Source: an uncultured Chlamydiales bacterium (GTDB taxonomy: Bacteria > Chlamydiota > Chlamydiia > Chlamydiales > Rhabdochlamydiaceae). Taken from it: DNA of 64,000 nucleotides. Both the position numbers and the translations under genes were made by a program. Location: NCBI GenBank assembly GCA_963700985.1, contig OY969554.1, positions 800,001-864,000 of the forward strand. Direction: 5' to 3'. The notes below the pieces were generated by a model, which was not told where the DNA came from, ran no database searches, and was given only the letters and a program-made list of their open reading frames with translations. Positions 51,544 to 63,117 of this stretch are shown here, in pieces; positions within the stretch are counted from its first letter, which is position 1; every line of letters starts with the position of its first letter.

Positions 51544-52392
51544 ATGTCACAAACTTTAACTGGTCAAGTTTCACGACTCTGCACAATGCAGATAGCCCCC
51601 TTCTTGTACGCATTTTCATTTTTGAATGTTGAAGAGATCGCTCGAACCATCCCTACATGCACACTGTTTAAAGAGCGTGCGGAAAGGATTTTCAAGAATG
51701 CTGTCTTAAATCTTGAGTTAGTAAATGCCGTAACATTAGAGAGCGGTGTGCTATTTACGACAAACTTTCTCGATAAAGGCGCAAATTTTCGCTCTAGACT
51801 AAACTTATGTAGGCAAGTAAGGTCGCTGCATATTGCCCACGATCGCGCCGAAATAGCGCAGGTCTTCAAGTCCAAAAGAATTGGTCAAATAACCAGGCTC
51901 CGTATCTCGAATGATGACTATATCACCCCCAATCTTCATCAAAAGCACACCTATAAATCTCCATTAGATCTTCAGTCTCTTGCTTCAAGCTGTATTAATC
52001 TGGAAAACCTCCAAATTGAATATCCAGGAATTGAGGAACAAGATATTGAGGAACAAGATGCCGCTCCCTTAACAAGGCTAGAAAAATTACACACACTGGA
52101 GCTGCTTTATTGTGATAGATTAAGTAACGAAATGTGTGCAACTCTGTCAAAAATACCAGCATTGACTAGCCTGCATTTAGGCGGTTGGGGCTGGTACAAT
52201 ACCATGCATTTCCATTTCCCTAACTGTGATGAGCTATTTAACCTCGCTCAACATTGCAAAAAGCTCACTGCCTTGCTTTTTACAAATTGCCGCCCAATAG
52301 ATCCAGAAGACTACAAAAAGCTAATGGCAATTAAGCCACCAAAGCTGAACATTGTGGGGATGAGCGAACCAAAAACTGCTAGCGGTGTTTGA
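51544..52392 (+). CDS. RNI-like LRR protein with F-box-like N-terminus
   Basis: FSFLNVEEIARTIPTCTLF; CINLENLQI, LHTLELLYC, LTSLHLG, CKKLTALL. Confidence 0.7.
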   Translation: MSQTLTGQVSRLCTMQIAPFLYAFSFLNVEEIARTIPTCTLFKERAERIFKNAVLNLELVNAVTLESGVLFTTNFLDKGANFRSRLNLCRQVRSLHIAHDRAEIAQVFKSKRIGQITRLRISNDDYITPNLHQKHTYKSPLDLQSLASSCINLENLQIEYPGIEEQDIEEQDAAPLTRLEKLHTLELLYCDRLSNEMCATLSKIPALTSLHLGGWGWYNTMHFHFPNCDELFNLAQHCKKLTALLFTNCRPIDPEDYKKLMAIKPPKLNIVGMSEPKTASGV

Positions 52393-53536
52393 AGAGATAT
52401 TTGGGGCGAACGATGGGTGTGCCCTTGCCGCCGCGCGCTTCGCAGCGCTCGTAGACAATCTGAAGGGCGATCCCAACACTACGAGATAGTCCGAAGAGTA
52501 CTGTGTAATACTCAGGATAGGGAAAGCCGGCTGCGGTGAGAACTGTGCCTGACATCGCATCGACATTAGGATGTGGATCGGCGATCTTGGGATTTTCAGC
52601 TAATACTTTCGAGCCTTCGGTGCGCAAGAGAAGCGCGATTTTGACCAGCGGATGGTTAGAAAAATGTTTTTTCGCATAATCATAAAAAACCGTGGCACGC
52701 GCATCTTCTACTCTTAAAACTGCATGCCCAAAACCAAAGACCAGCTGATTTTTGGCAAGGCGTGCGCGGATAAGTTCTTCTACCTGTTTCGCGGTTGCAT
52801 TCTCGCCTAGCTCTTTTAACACCAGCTGCACGAATTCCAAACAGTCTTGGTTAGCTCTACCATGACGTGGGCCAGCTAGCGCGCACATAGCAGACGAGAT
52901 CGAGCCATACATGTCATCTAAGCCAGAAGCTACCGCTTTGCCCACAAAGGTCGATAGGTTTCCGCCGCCATGATCATAATGCAAGATATTAAAGAGCTTG
53001 AACGCATGTGTGAGATTTGCAGGATCGACGTTGGGCACTCGCAGCATCTGCGTAAAATTTTCCATGTATCCGAGATCGCTTTTCGGATTAGGTGTTTCAC
53101 CCCAGCCTGCGTGGTGGTTAATCACAGCTGCAGTTAGGTGTGGAATCTTGGCGATTAAATTTAAACAGTCTTCGCGATAATCGCCGGTTTTTTCAAACAT
53201 GCCTAAGATAAGCAGCGCGCAGCTAAAAAGCTCCATGGGATGGCCCTTGCGTGGCAGCTGTGTGATATGGCGAATCACCTCTTTTGAACAGGTCTCGCGC
53301 TTACGTAGATCATCGAAAAACTTCGCAACTTGTTTTTCATCCCCTTCTTTTCCATGATAGAGCAGATAGATAACGCGTTGCGGCTCCCAACTAGCGATCT
53401 CAGCTATTGGTTTTTCTACGTAAAAAAGCCCTTTTTGAGGATCGACAAAGGAAGTGGTGCAGTAGCCAACAGGAAAGCCTCTTAGGCCTGTTTCTAATTG
53501 ATCTTTAGTGATCTGGAAAAGAACTTCTTCGCTCAT
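52379..53536 (-). CDS. gltA: Citrate synthase (eukaryote-type motifs)
   Basis: [44 protein letters not shown]. Confidence 0.92.
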   Translation of the reverse strand: MSEEVLFQITKDQLETGLRGFPVGYCTTSFVDPQKGLFYVEKPIAEIASWEPQRVIYLLYHGKEGDEKQVAKFFDDLRKRETCSKEVIRHITQLPRKGHPMELFSCALLILGMFEKTGDYREDCLNLIAKIPHLTAAVINHHAGWGETPNPKSDLGYMENFTQMLRVPNVDPANLTHAFKLFNILHYDHGGGNLSTFVGKAVASGLDDMYGSISSAMCALAGPRHGRANQDCLEFVQLVLKELGENATAKQVEELIRARLAKNQLVFGFGHAVLRVEDARATVFYDYAKKHFSNHPLVKIALLLRTEGSKVLAENPKIADPHPNVDAMSGTVLTAAGFPYPEYYTVLFGLSRSVGIALQIVYERCEARGGKGTPIVRPKYLFKHR

Positions 53537-54525
53537 TTAAGTAATGGGGTAATGAGCTCTCGTTCTTCGAGCAGCTCTTTCTCGGTTAAGGCGATCTTCT
53601 CTTTTAAAAAGTTATCCCAGTGGAGGTCTTTGACAATCTCAATTTTCCCTGCACCTAGTGAGCGGGTAGGAAAAGAGAACACTAAGCCCTCTTTGACATC
53701 GTAAGGGTTGCCATCGGAAAAAGATGCTACCGAAAACCATTCGCCTCTTGGTGTCGGTTGAATCAGTGCGCGCATCGTGTCAATGGCGGCATTTGCGGCT
53801 GAAGCTGCAGAGGATTTTCCACGCGCTGCGATTACCTCAGCACCTCTTTTTTGGACTTGAGGCATAAACTCTTTTTCGAGCCAGCTACGATCTTTAATCA
53901 CATCGAGCACAGGCTTTCCAGAAACTGTCGCATTTACAAAATCTGGCACTTGCGTAGAAGAGTGATTTCCCCAGATCGTCACGCGTTTAACATCAGGCAC
54001 AGACACATTGGCTTTTTTAGCTAAAAGTGCAGTCGCCCGGTTCTGATCGAGCATGGTCATGGCAAAAAAACGTGAAATTGGGATTTTTGGTGCATTTTTC
54101 AATGCGATCAGACAGTTGGTGTTGCAGGGATTTCCCACCACAAGCACGATGGGATCTTTAGCAGCTACATCGCCCAAAGCTCTGCCTTGTTCGATGAAGA
54201 TCTTGCCATTTTCACCTAAGAGATCTTTGCGCTCCATGCCAGGTCCGCGAGCCTTGGCTCCAACTAGAAATGCATAGTTTACGCCTTCGAAAATCTTCTG
54301 CGGATCGCATCCCGTTTTAATTTCTTTCAGCAGTGGAAAAGCGCAATCTTCGAGCTCCATCACCACACCGCCTAAAGCGATAAGTGAGGGCGGAACTTCA
54401 AGAATATGTAATGCTAAAGGCTGGTCTAAGCCGAAGACCTCGCCCGAGGCGATACGAAAAAGCAGGCTATAAGCAATCTGCCCTGCACCACCTGTGACTG
54501 CCACACGAATTAAAGGTTTGTCCAT
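53533..54525 (-). CDS. mdh: Malate dehydrogenase
   Basis: [33 protein letters not shown]. Confidence 0.96.
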   Translation of the reverse strand: MDKPLIRVAVTGGAGQIAYSLLFRIASGEVFGLDQPLALHILEVPPSLIALGGVVMELEDCAFPLLKEIKTGCDPQKIFEGVNYAFLVGAKARGPGMERKDLLGENGKIFIEQGRALGDVAAKDPIVLVVGNPCNTNCLIALKNAPKIPISRFFAMTMLDQNRATALLAKKANVSVPDVKRVTIWGNHSSTQVPDFVNATVSGKPVLDVIKDRSWLEKEFMPQVQKRGAEVIAARGKSSAASAANAAIDTMRALIQPTPRGEWFSVASFSDGNPYDVKEGLVFSFPTRSLGAGKIEIVKDLHWDNFLKEKIALTEKELLEERELITPLLK

Positions 54526-54701
54526 AGATACCTATTTCCGGATTCTAGGTAGGGAGTTCTTATTCTGCAAGAAATTGCATAAACTTTTTTATTTAACGCA
54601 AACCTTTAAAAGTTAGAAACTAAGAAGCATGCAAGAATTTCCTGGAAAAACGCGAACAGATTGCTCTTATCGAGCCAGACTGATATGCTTCTTAGTCACT
54701 T

Positions 54702-55631
54702 ATGTCTATCATGCTCGTCGTCTTAATGTATGCCACCTGGTCAAGCGTCTTTTCTTTAGGAAAGATGGCTCTCCAGTATTCGCCGCCTATTTTTTTAACG
54801 GGCTTTCGGATGGCGCTGGCTGGCGTACTCATCATGAGCTACCTGCTAATCGCCAAACGCACTTCCCTAAAAATAAACAGGAAACAGCTGCTTTCACTTT
54901 CAGTATTAGCTTTTTTCAGCATCTACCTTACGAACGTCTTAGAGTTTTGGGGATTGCAATACCTCACCGCCGCTAAAACCTGCTTCCTTTACAGCCTCTC
55001 GCCTTTCTTCGCTGCGCTCTTTTCCTATCTGCATTTCAAAGAAAAGATGAACTCACGAAAATGGCTCGGCTTGCTCATCGGTTTTGTGGGCTTTATGCCC
55101 GTGCTGCTCTCGCAGTCGGGTTCAGAGGAATTATGGACGGCTTTCTCATTCTTCTCATGGCCTACCTTGGCCGTCATGGGCGCCGCGCTCTGCTCGGTTT
55201 ATGGGTGGGTGCTGCTAAGGCTGCTCGTCAAAGACTCTGAAGTCTCCCCTGCCATGGCTAATGCCACCAGCATGCTTATCGGCGGAGCAATGGCTCTCTT
55301 CCACTCCTTCTTTGTCGACAGCTGGAACCCGCTGCCTGTGGCCATAGTAAACCTCACACCCTTTCTAAAAAGCACGCTTGCTCTCACAGTTATCTCCAAC
55401 CTCATCTGCTATAACCTCTACGGCTATCTGCTTAAGCGCTACACAGCTACTTTCCTCTCTTTCGTGGGTCTCTTAAGCCCGATCTTCGCCTCACTTAATG
55501 CCAGCCTTTTTCTCGGTGAGCCACTCTCGTGGACTATCTTCCTCTCAACTGGCATTGTCTCCATCGGCCTCTTCCTCGTCTACCAAGCTGAGCTCAAGCA
55601 GGGCTACGTCCTGAAAAAAGCCGCGACCTAA
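54702..55631 (+). CDS. EamA/DMT-family transporter
   Basis: Two EamA repeats, about 10 TM; WGLQYLTAAK..LYSLSPFF. Confidence 0.9.
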   Translation: MSIMLVVLMYATWSSVFSLGKMALQYSPPIFLTGFRMALAGVLIMSYLLIAKRTSLKINRKQLLSLSVLAFFSIYLTNVLEFWGLQYLTAAKTCFLYSLSPFFAALFSYLHFKEKMNSRKWLGLLIGFVGFMPVLLSQSGSEELWTAFSFFSWPTLAVMGAALCSVYGWVLLRLLVKDSEVSPAMANATSMLIGGAMALFHSFFVDSWNPLPVAIVNLTPFLKSTLALTVISNLICYNLYGYLLKRYTATFLSFVGLLSPIFASLNASLFLGEPLSWTIFLSTGIVSIGLFLVYQAELKQGYVLKKAAT

Positions 55632-55724
55632 CTTTTTTATGCTATAAAATCTTTAGTGTTGAGTGATTTGATCCCGAAATCGTATCTTCCAATTTAAATT
55701 TTTTCATTTACCTTGGAGATACCT

Positions 55725-56297
55725 ATGGCAGTCTTTCTTCGCCCCTTTGCACAAAAAGCTATGGTCGCAGCTTGCAGCGCAAACCCTATTGCCACTGCAA
55801 CACGCGCTTTCAACTCTACGCACGCGCAGCCACAAGCGGAGTTAGTTAAAACTACGCAACTGGACAGACGGATCGCGCACTTCAATGAGCATGCGCACAC
55901 AGCAAAGCTGAATCCCGAGTCAGTAAACTCGTTAAGTAAGATTGCAGATTTTGCGAACAAGGCCACTGAAAAAACGAGAGCTTTCGCCTCAACTCACTCG
56001 CCTTTCAATAACGAAAGTGCGAAGTCTGGATTTGCTACGAATGTTAAAAAATATAATGAACTGGGCAGCCTCGTAAAAGCTACGCAAAATGCAGTGGAGC
56101 AAGTTCTACTCAAATCTATGCAGTGCGATGCTTCTGCACTGGTAAAAAGAGGCATTCAAGTCGAGCGCAACTCTACACTCCAGCGCACCTTCAACACCGC
56201 CCACCAAAACACCCGATTTGCACAATACCATTTCCCTTCTGATATCCACCGACTGATCAACACCAAAGGCGTGAAAGTTTTTAGCCCTCTTGCATAG
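55725..56297 (+). CDS. Hypothetical protein with presequence-like N-terminus
   Basis: GGAG RBS at 55715 and ATG 55725; 190-aa ORF. Confidence 0.7.
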   Translation: MAVFLRPFAQKAMVAACSANPIATATRAFNSTHAQPQAELVKTTQLDRRIAHFNEHAHTAKLNPESVNSLSKIADFANKATEKTRAFASTHSPFNNESAKSGFATNVKKYNELGSLVKATQNAVEQVLLKSMQCDASALVKRGIQVERNSTLQRTFNTAHQNTRFAQYHFPSDIHRLINTKGVKVFSPLA

Positions 56298-56321
56298 CTT
56301 TAATCAGATTCTCTAAGACAT

Positions 56322-56357
56322 AAAAAAACCCTAGTTCCTTCAAAGGAACTAGGGTTT
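56322..56357 (-). terminator. Terminator ending the 16S-tRNA transcript
   Basis: AAACCCTAGTTCCTT-CA-AAGGAACTAGGGTTT with A7 (U-tail on the minus strand). Confidence 0.9.
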
Positions 56358-56382
56358 GTATTTCGTGACTCAGTTTGAGGTT

Positions 56383-56456
56383 TGCGGTTACCAAGATTTG
56401 AACTTGGGACCTCGACATTATCAGTGTCGCGCTCTAACCAACTGAGCTACAACCGC
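56383..56456 (-). tRNA. tRNA-Ile(GAT)
   Basis: GCGGTTGTAGCTCAGTTGGTTAGAGCGCGACACT-GAT-AATGTCG...GTTCAAATC cloverleaf; CCA not encoded. Confidence 0.95.
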
Positions 56457-56463
56457 GGAAATT

Positions 56464-56536
56464 TGGAGACTAGGAGGTTCGAACTCCTGACCCTCAGAAT
56501 GCAAATCTGATGCTCTACCAACTGAGCTAAGTCCCC
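56464..56536 (-). tRNA. tRNA-Ala(TGC)
   Basis: GGGGACTTAGCTCAGTTGGTAGAGCATCAGATT-TGC-ATTCTGA...GTTCGAACC cloverleaf. Confidence 0.95.
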
Positions 56537-56743
56537 AAAAGAAGAAAGGATGAATTATGAATTCAGAAGTATGAAAGAAACAAGAAAAAAATAAAATTTT
56601 ATCCTTTTCTTATCTTTCCTTTTCATGCTTCATGATCCAGGATTCATACTTTCAGTTTTGTTTTGACAGCAGAAGGGAAGTGACGTGGAGAGGGAGAGAA
56701 GCTTGTCTCAACCTTAGAAAATGTAGGTAAACCTACGATCTCT

Positions 56744-58298
<1,555 letters not shown>

Positions 58299-58582
58299 AA
58301 TTTAATCTCAAATTTGAGGCTGCCTTAGCAGCCTCTTTCTATATATAATTTGACAGGCTATGGGGTAATAAATTACCCCATTTGCACAAGCTTCTTACAC
58401 TTGCACGTCACTTCTACTCCACTGTCAAAACATCTTATACAGCTCTATCGGGCCGCACTGTTCCTCGAAGCCTTTAAAAGCCCCCAAGGAAGCCAACACC
58501 ATACAAAATACTCTTCTTTTCCCGCAAATTAAATGCTTCACAAGAGTGATAAAAGAGATTTATTAGACTTCATTGGAGTTTC

Positions 58583-58660
58583 TATAGACATGTCGGGAAC
58601 GCGGCACTAGCGTGGTCGCGGGAGGTGCGCCCTCGGGACGCACCATCCGACATGTCCATA
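58583..58660. mobile_element. 78-bp minimal member of the R1-R3 family
   Basis: TATAGACATGTCGG...CCGACATGTCCATA terminal inverted repeat (13/14) with internal GGTGCG/CGCACC hairpin. Confidence 0.75.
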
Positions 58661-58680
58661 TTGACCAAACAAAAAACCGA

Positions 58681-59949
58681 TTAAATTATAAAACGAGACA
58701 AGGTGCCGTAGCGGGAGCGGATGGGGCCGAGGCGGAGGGAAAAGAGGAGAATGGCGGTGCCAGTGAGCGTTTGGTTGAGGAGTGTGAAGGTAGAAACATC
58801 GGATGCCAGCCAGGGAACAATGGCAAGCCAGAGTCCAAATAGAACGTTGATATATCTGGCCGGACGAGTCAGCTCAGCCATAGCAAGAATCGAAAAGGTG
58901 TAAACCAAGAGTCCAGCAATGTAGTTGCTATTGCTGATGGAGCTAGGAAGTTGAACTAGATGATCCGACACAACCATCCAGACGCCTAAAAGTGCAGTGA
59001 CGACTAAATTCCAAGAAATAGTAACGCCTGCGGGCGGAAAAAGCGACTTGGTGTTTTTAAAGTCAGTGCTGAAAACTTTGCTGGAGCTTTCATCGCCATA
59101 CCAGAAGATATGCCATAAAGGTTTGCCTTTGAGATAGCTCTGATGAAGAAAGTGCAAGCTCGCCGCAAACTCAGCTACAGCAAGTGGAAGCATTAAAATC
59201 ATAATGAAAGCGATGAGCAAGCACCAACCACACCATGCGCCGACAATTACAGGCTGAGAAATAATCAGCAAAATACTGACCAAGCTGACGGGTACGACTA
59301 AAATTCCAAAACCTATTGCCGCCCAAGGACGTGTGCGCCAGCGCTGATTATCTCCCTGACAGCCCATCAATGCTTCAAGTGCATAAGCTAAAGCGCCTAA
59401 GCCTGCATCAGACACAGGAAAGTCTTTTGAGATGGTTGAAGTCACGACTTTGTATGTGCCATCTCCAAAAAATGGGTCCCAAATGCTCGGAATTAACCCG
59501 AGCTGGAAAGCCGCCATGTAGTGGGCAAAAAAAGAGCAGAGGAGGGCCGCAAAAACCATCACAATGCGATAGCCCCAGGTCGAGGGATTAAATGACCAGC
59601 CGGCAGGTGCTACATCCGGCTGTCCTACGAGAGGTTGAGGATAAAGTGCTCGCAAAGCAATAGCCATGATGATGAATCCACAAAGGGAGCCATTCGCATA
59701 TTGCCAAGAATGATTCGCCCAAAGAGCAAGTGGCGCAAACTGGATCCACAAACTTAAGATAACAGCGCACCAGAGTGGCCATGTGCTAACATAGCGCAAG
59801 GAAAGCAGCGCAAAGGCGATTAACAAGATGCCATTTAATACATCGAACGTCGGAGTCTTCGATGTGCCGCCGCCTACAAAAATAAGCGCGCAAGCAATTA
59901 TCCAAAGTCCTAAAGCACAAGCAATTGTAGCAAACGCTTGTCTACTCAT
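58681..59949 (-). CDS. VKOR-family membrane protein with SPW-like repeats
   Basis: YMAAFQLG..WDPFFG..PVSDAGLG..WCGWC; GLWLAIVPW-type repeats; ATGA overlap with the upstream gene. Confidence 0.85.
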   Translation of the reverse strand: MSRQAFATIACALGLWIIACALIFVGGGTSKTPTFDVLNGILLIAFALLSLRYVSTWPLWCAVILSLWIQFAPLALWANHSWQYANGSLCGFIIMAIALRALYPQPLVGQPDVAPAGWSFNPSTWGYRIVMVFAALLCSFFAHYMAAFQLGLIPSIWDPFFGDGTYKVVTSTISKDFPVSDAGLGALAYALEALMGCQGDNQRWRTRPWAAIGFGILVVPVSLVSILLIISQPVIVGAWCGWCLLIAFIMILMLPLAVAEFAASLHFLHQSYLKGKPLWHIFWYGDESSSKVFSTDFKNTKSLFPPAGVTISWNLVVTALLGVWMVVSDHLVQLPSSISNSNYIAGLLVYTFSILAMAELTRPARYINVLFGLWLAIVPWLASDVSTFTLLNQTLTGTAILLFSLRLGPIRSRYGTLSRFII

Positions 59950-61019
59950 GCAGATTTTCTCGCCAGCCAAGAAGGCGCTCTTAACTTGTTCTCGTCATAC
60001 CAAGTTAGCGGATCATTTTTAAGCTCGCGAATCATCTCGGGCAGAGTATTGCGCAAAGAGTGTTTAGGCTGCCATCCTAGATACTCTTTTGCACGCGAGA
60101 TATCGAGTGCATAATGATCATCGGCACGATCGATCATCCAGGGCTTGATAAAGCTTTTAGGCATGAAAGGTAAGTGATCCTGTGCCCAGGCACCCATTTT
60201 TGCAAATGTTTTGGGAACATGCCAGGTCTTCCAAACTTGTCCGTGGATTAGGCGTCCTATCTCCCTTTGCAGGCTTTCATAGCTTAAAGTCTCTTCTTCG
60301 CCGATGAGGAGCACTAGATCTTTGGGCAGGGTTTTGCGTTTTTGGACGGTTAGCCAGAGCACATCGATTAAGTCCTGCATATGCACATAAGAAGCTCCAT
60401 GTGTCAGATCGCCAGGAAACAAGTGGCTTTCAAGCTGATTTTCATAAATACGCTGAATCTGGTTGGAGATTGGGATAGAGTGACAATGATCGTCATACAC
60501 GCCTGCGATACGTAAGATCACATAGGGAATATTTCCATGCTCGTTGCGAATTACAGCTTCTGTTTCCACTTTTGATTTTGGATAAGCCCAAGTAGGTTCG
60601 ATAGCTGAATCCTCGTTAATTCTCTGACCCACTTCAACGGGTTTGTGGATGAGCATCGTACTCGTGAAAATAAACTGGTCGACTTGAAAATCTTGCAGTC
60701 CGCGGATAAGCCGCTCTGTGCCTTTCACGGTGATCTTTTCATAGTTGGAATAGGAGCCTCCCTCAAAACTATAGTAAGCCGCTAAATGGATCACGGAAGA
60801 GATCTTGGTTCCGTATGTTTCGCGAACCTTTGCCAAACCTTCTTTTACACTCTCATCGCTTGCGACATCGACGGTCATAAGCACGGCATTAGGAAAACTT
60901 GCTGCAAATATAACGTCAAATCCTACTACAAAATATTCATGCACAAAACGCTCTAATGCCTTGAAGCCGATGCGCCCGCTGCATCCTGTGATGATAATGA
61001 CTTCTTTTTCTTGAGCCAT
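59946..61019 (-). CDS. NAD-dependent epimerase/dehydratase (extended SDR)
   Basis: IITGCSGRIG, IHLAAY, YPKSK. Confidence 0.9.
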   Translation of the reverse strand: MAQEKEVIIITGCSGRIGFKALERFVHEYFVVGFDVIFAASFPNAVLMTVDVASDESVKEGLAKVRETYGTKISSVIHLAAYYSFEGGSYSNYEKITVKGTERLIRGLQDFQVDQFIFTSTMLIHKPVEVGQRINEDSAIEPTWAYPKSKVETEAVIRNEHGNIPYVILRIAGVYDDHCHSIPISNQIQRIYENQLESHLFPGDLTHGASYVHMQDLIDVLWLTVQKRKTLPKDLVLLIGEEETLSYESLQREIGRLIHGQVWKTWHVPKTFAKMGAWAQDHLPFMPKSFIKPWMIDRADDHYALDISRAKEYLGWQPKHSLRNTLPEMIRELKNDPLTWYDENKLRAPSWLARKSA

Positions 61020-61217
61020 ATGCTCCCCCTCTTAAATTTGTTAAGTTTTAATTTTAACTTAGCAGCTAAACCGCATCTAATCAAGAGGTTTAAAAAAATA
61101 ATTTACAATCTCCAGCCAACATCAGAAAAGATCTTTTTTGCAAAATTCTAGGCCAGTCACTAAACTCACGACTCCTTTTTTTGCTTTGATTCACAATCGG
61201 GTTTTCTGTATTCAAAG

Positions 61218-63104
61218 ATGACTAACATGAAAAGAATCTACCTGCTTTTCTTAGTTCCCTTCTCAGTTTGCTATGCCAACCCCGAAAATCCCACGGTGGT
61301 TCATGGTGATGTTGTCTTCGATGTCCAGCAAGCTCAAGAGCTTGCAATTACGGCCAGTGATAGAGCGATCATCCATTGGCAAGATTTTTCTATTGCAGCA
61401 GACGAGGTCACACGCTTTATCCAACCGAATTCTAGCTCGGTCGTATTAAATCGCGTGATCGGCGACATCCCTTCGAATATCTTCGGAACTTTAGAAGCCA
61501 CAGGCAAAGTCTTCCTGATTAATCCCGCAGGGATTTTAATCGGTGAGAGCGGCATGATCAACACCGCGGCCTTTATCGCCTCAACGCTCGATCTCTCCGA
61601 TCATGATTTCATGCAAAAACGCGATCTCTTTTTCAAAGGTATCTCCAATGCCTCGATTGTTAACTTGGGCACGATTCAGACTTGGGATGGAGACGTGGTG
61701 ATCCTCGCAAAGCATATAGACAACTCGGGCATCGTTACGGCTAATCGGGGATCTGTTCTATTTGGAGCCGGACACGAGATCTGGCTGAAACCGACAGGAC
61801 ACGAAAAGCTTTATATTCGCCCTCAAGCCCAAAATGAAGCCGATGCCACGATCTCATCTAGCGGAGAGATCTCGGCGCTTCAGGTGGAGTTAAAGGCCGA
61901 CGGAAATCCTTTTGCTTATGCGATTAATCTTTCGGGAAATGTGGATGCCTTAAGCATTACCGAAAAACAGGGCAGGGTTTTTCTTGTGGCAGAAAACAGC
62001 GGAATCAAGCTGACTGGCACAATTGCCACCGATGGGAGCGAAGTTAAAATCGTAGCGGACCGCATTGCTCTGGGTGAAAATGGAATAAAAAACAAAAGCG
62101 GCATCACGGTTCAATCCGATCTGCCTGCCGAACTAACCATCCAAGCCAAAACTGACCTAAAGGTCGAAGATGGTTTTTCAGTAGCTCTTCAGAAAGGCAA
62201 GTTAAATTTGAACACCAGTGAAGGTGATCTTTCCATTATTGGCACTGTTAAGCTTCAAGAGGCCGGTCAATTGCAACTCAGCGCAGCGCAAGACATTAAA
62301 ATTGGAAGCGGACTGCAAACTGCCCACAGTAGAGTTGAAAGTCAACATGGTGGCCTGACCATCTCTGCAGGAAGAGACCTTCTAATAAGCGCATCAGACA
62401 ACCGCGTGGCTCAAATTAACGCCCAAGGCGATATTTCGATTGTGGCTGGCCGTGATTCCATCTTGATGGGCGGTAAGGAAAGCACAGCAAGGGCCTTCGT
62501 TTTTTCCAAGAGTAACCTCTCATTTGTCAGCGGACAGCATCTTACGCTAGATTCTAAAGGGAGCGGCTATGCAGGTGTTGGTGCCACAAACGATGTAACT
62601 GTAGTTGTAGACAATGCATTTCCTGTGCCGCCCCAGGTAGGCCCAGGCGCTTTAAACATGGGACCAAATAGCCGTATGCAAGGCGGATCATTGAGGCTTT
62701 TCACCGCTAAGCAGTCCAACAATGTGATTGAGGGTGTTTTAAATCTTGTTCCTTTTTCTCCCGGAGCCGAATATATTTCTACCTCAGCTGAGTCGTGGGG
62801 TGCTTACTTTTATAGTTTTTCCGGTGGGGTGCCTTTTACGATTTTTTATAAAGACGTATGGATAAGCCCTCGGATCACCGATCAATTTAATGCAGCGACT
62901 TATGAGTTTTTACAGGACTTAAAATACTTCGATGAATTTACTTATGTGCAAAAGAAATTCTGGGAGCGTTATGACCGAAAAGCTTATGAACCACTCCGCA
63001 CGCAAGATGCACTCTCTAGTCCTGATGTTTTGCCTGATACCAAATATCGCATGCTGCAAAGAAACACTAAGAACACGGACAGCCAATTAGAAGAGCTGCT
63101 CTAA
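61218..63104 (+). CDS. TpsA exoprotein with filamentous-haemagglutinin-type secretion domain
   Basis: Signal peptide; AIIHWQDFSI, VVLNRVIG, VFLINPAGILIG. Confidence 0.88.
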   Translation: MTNMKRIYLLFLVPFSVCYANPENPTVVHGDVVFDVQQAQELAITASDRAIIHWQDFSIAADEVTRFIQPNSSSVVLNRVIGDIPSNIFGTLEATGKVFLINPAGILIGESGMINTAAFIASTLDLSDHDFMQKRDLFFKGISNASIVNLGTIQTWDGDVVILAKHIDNSGIVTANRGSVLFGAGHEIWLKPTGHEKLYIRPQAQNEADATISSSGEISALQVELKADGNPFAYAINLSGNVDALSITEKQGRVFLVAENSGIKLTGTIATDGSEVKIVADRIALGENGIKNKSGITVQSDLPAELTIQAKTDLKVEDGFSVALQKGKLNLNTSEGDLSIIGTVKLQEAGQLQLSAAQDIKIGSGLQTAHSRVESQHGGLTISAGRDLLISASDNRVAQINAQGDISIVAGRDSILMGGKESTARAFVFSKSNLSFVSGQHLTLDSKGSGYAGVGATNDVTVVVDNAFPVPPQVGPGALNMGPNSRMQGGSLRLFTAKQSNNVIEGVLNLVPFSPGAEYISTSAESWGAYFYSFSGGVPFTIFYKDVWISPRITDQFNAATYEFLQDLKYFDEFTYVQKKFWERYDRKAYEPLRTQDALSSPDVLPDTKYRMLQRNTKNTDSQLEELL

Positions 63105-63117
63105 TCTTCTTCCCTAT

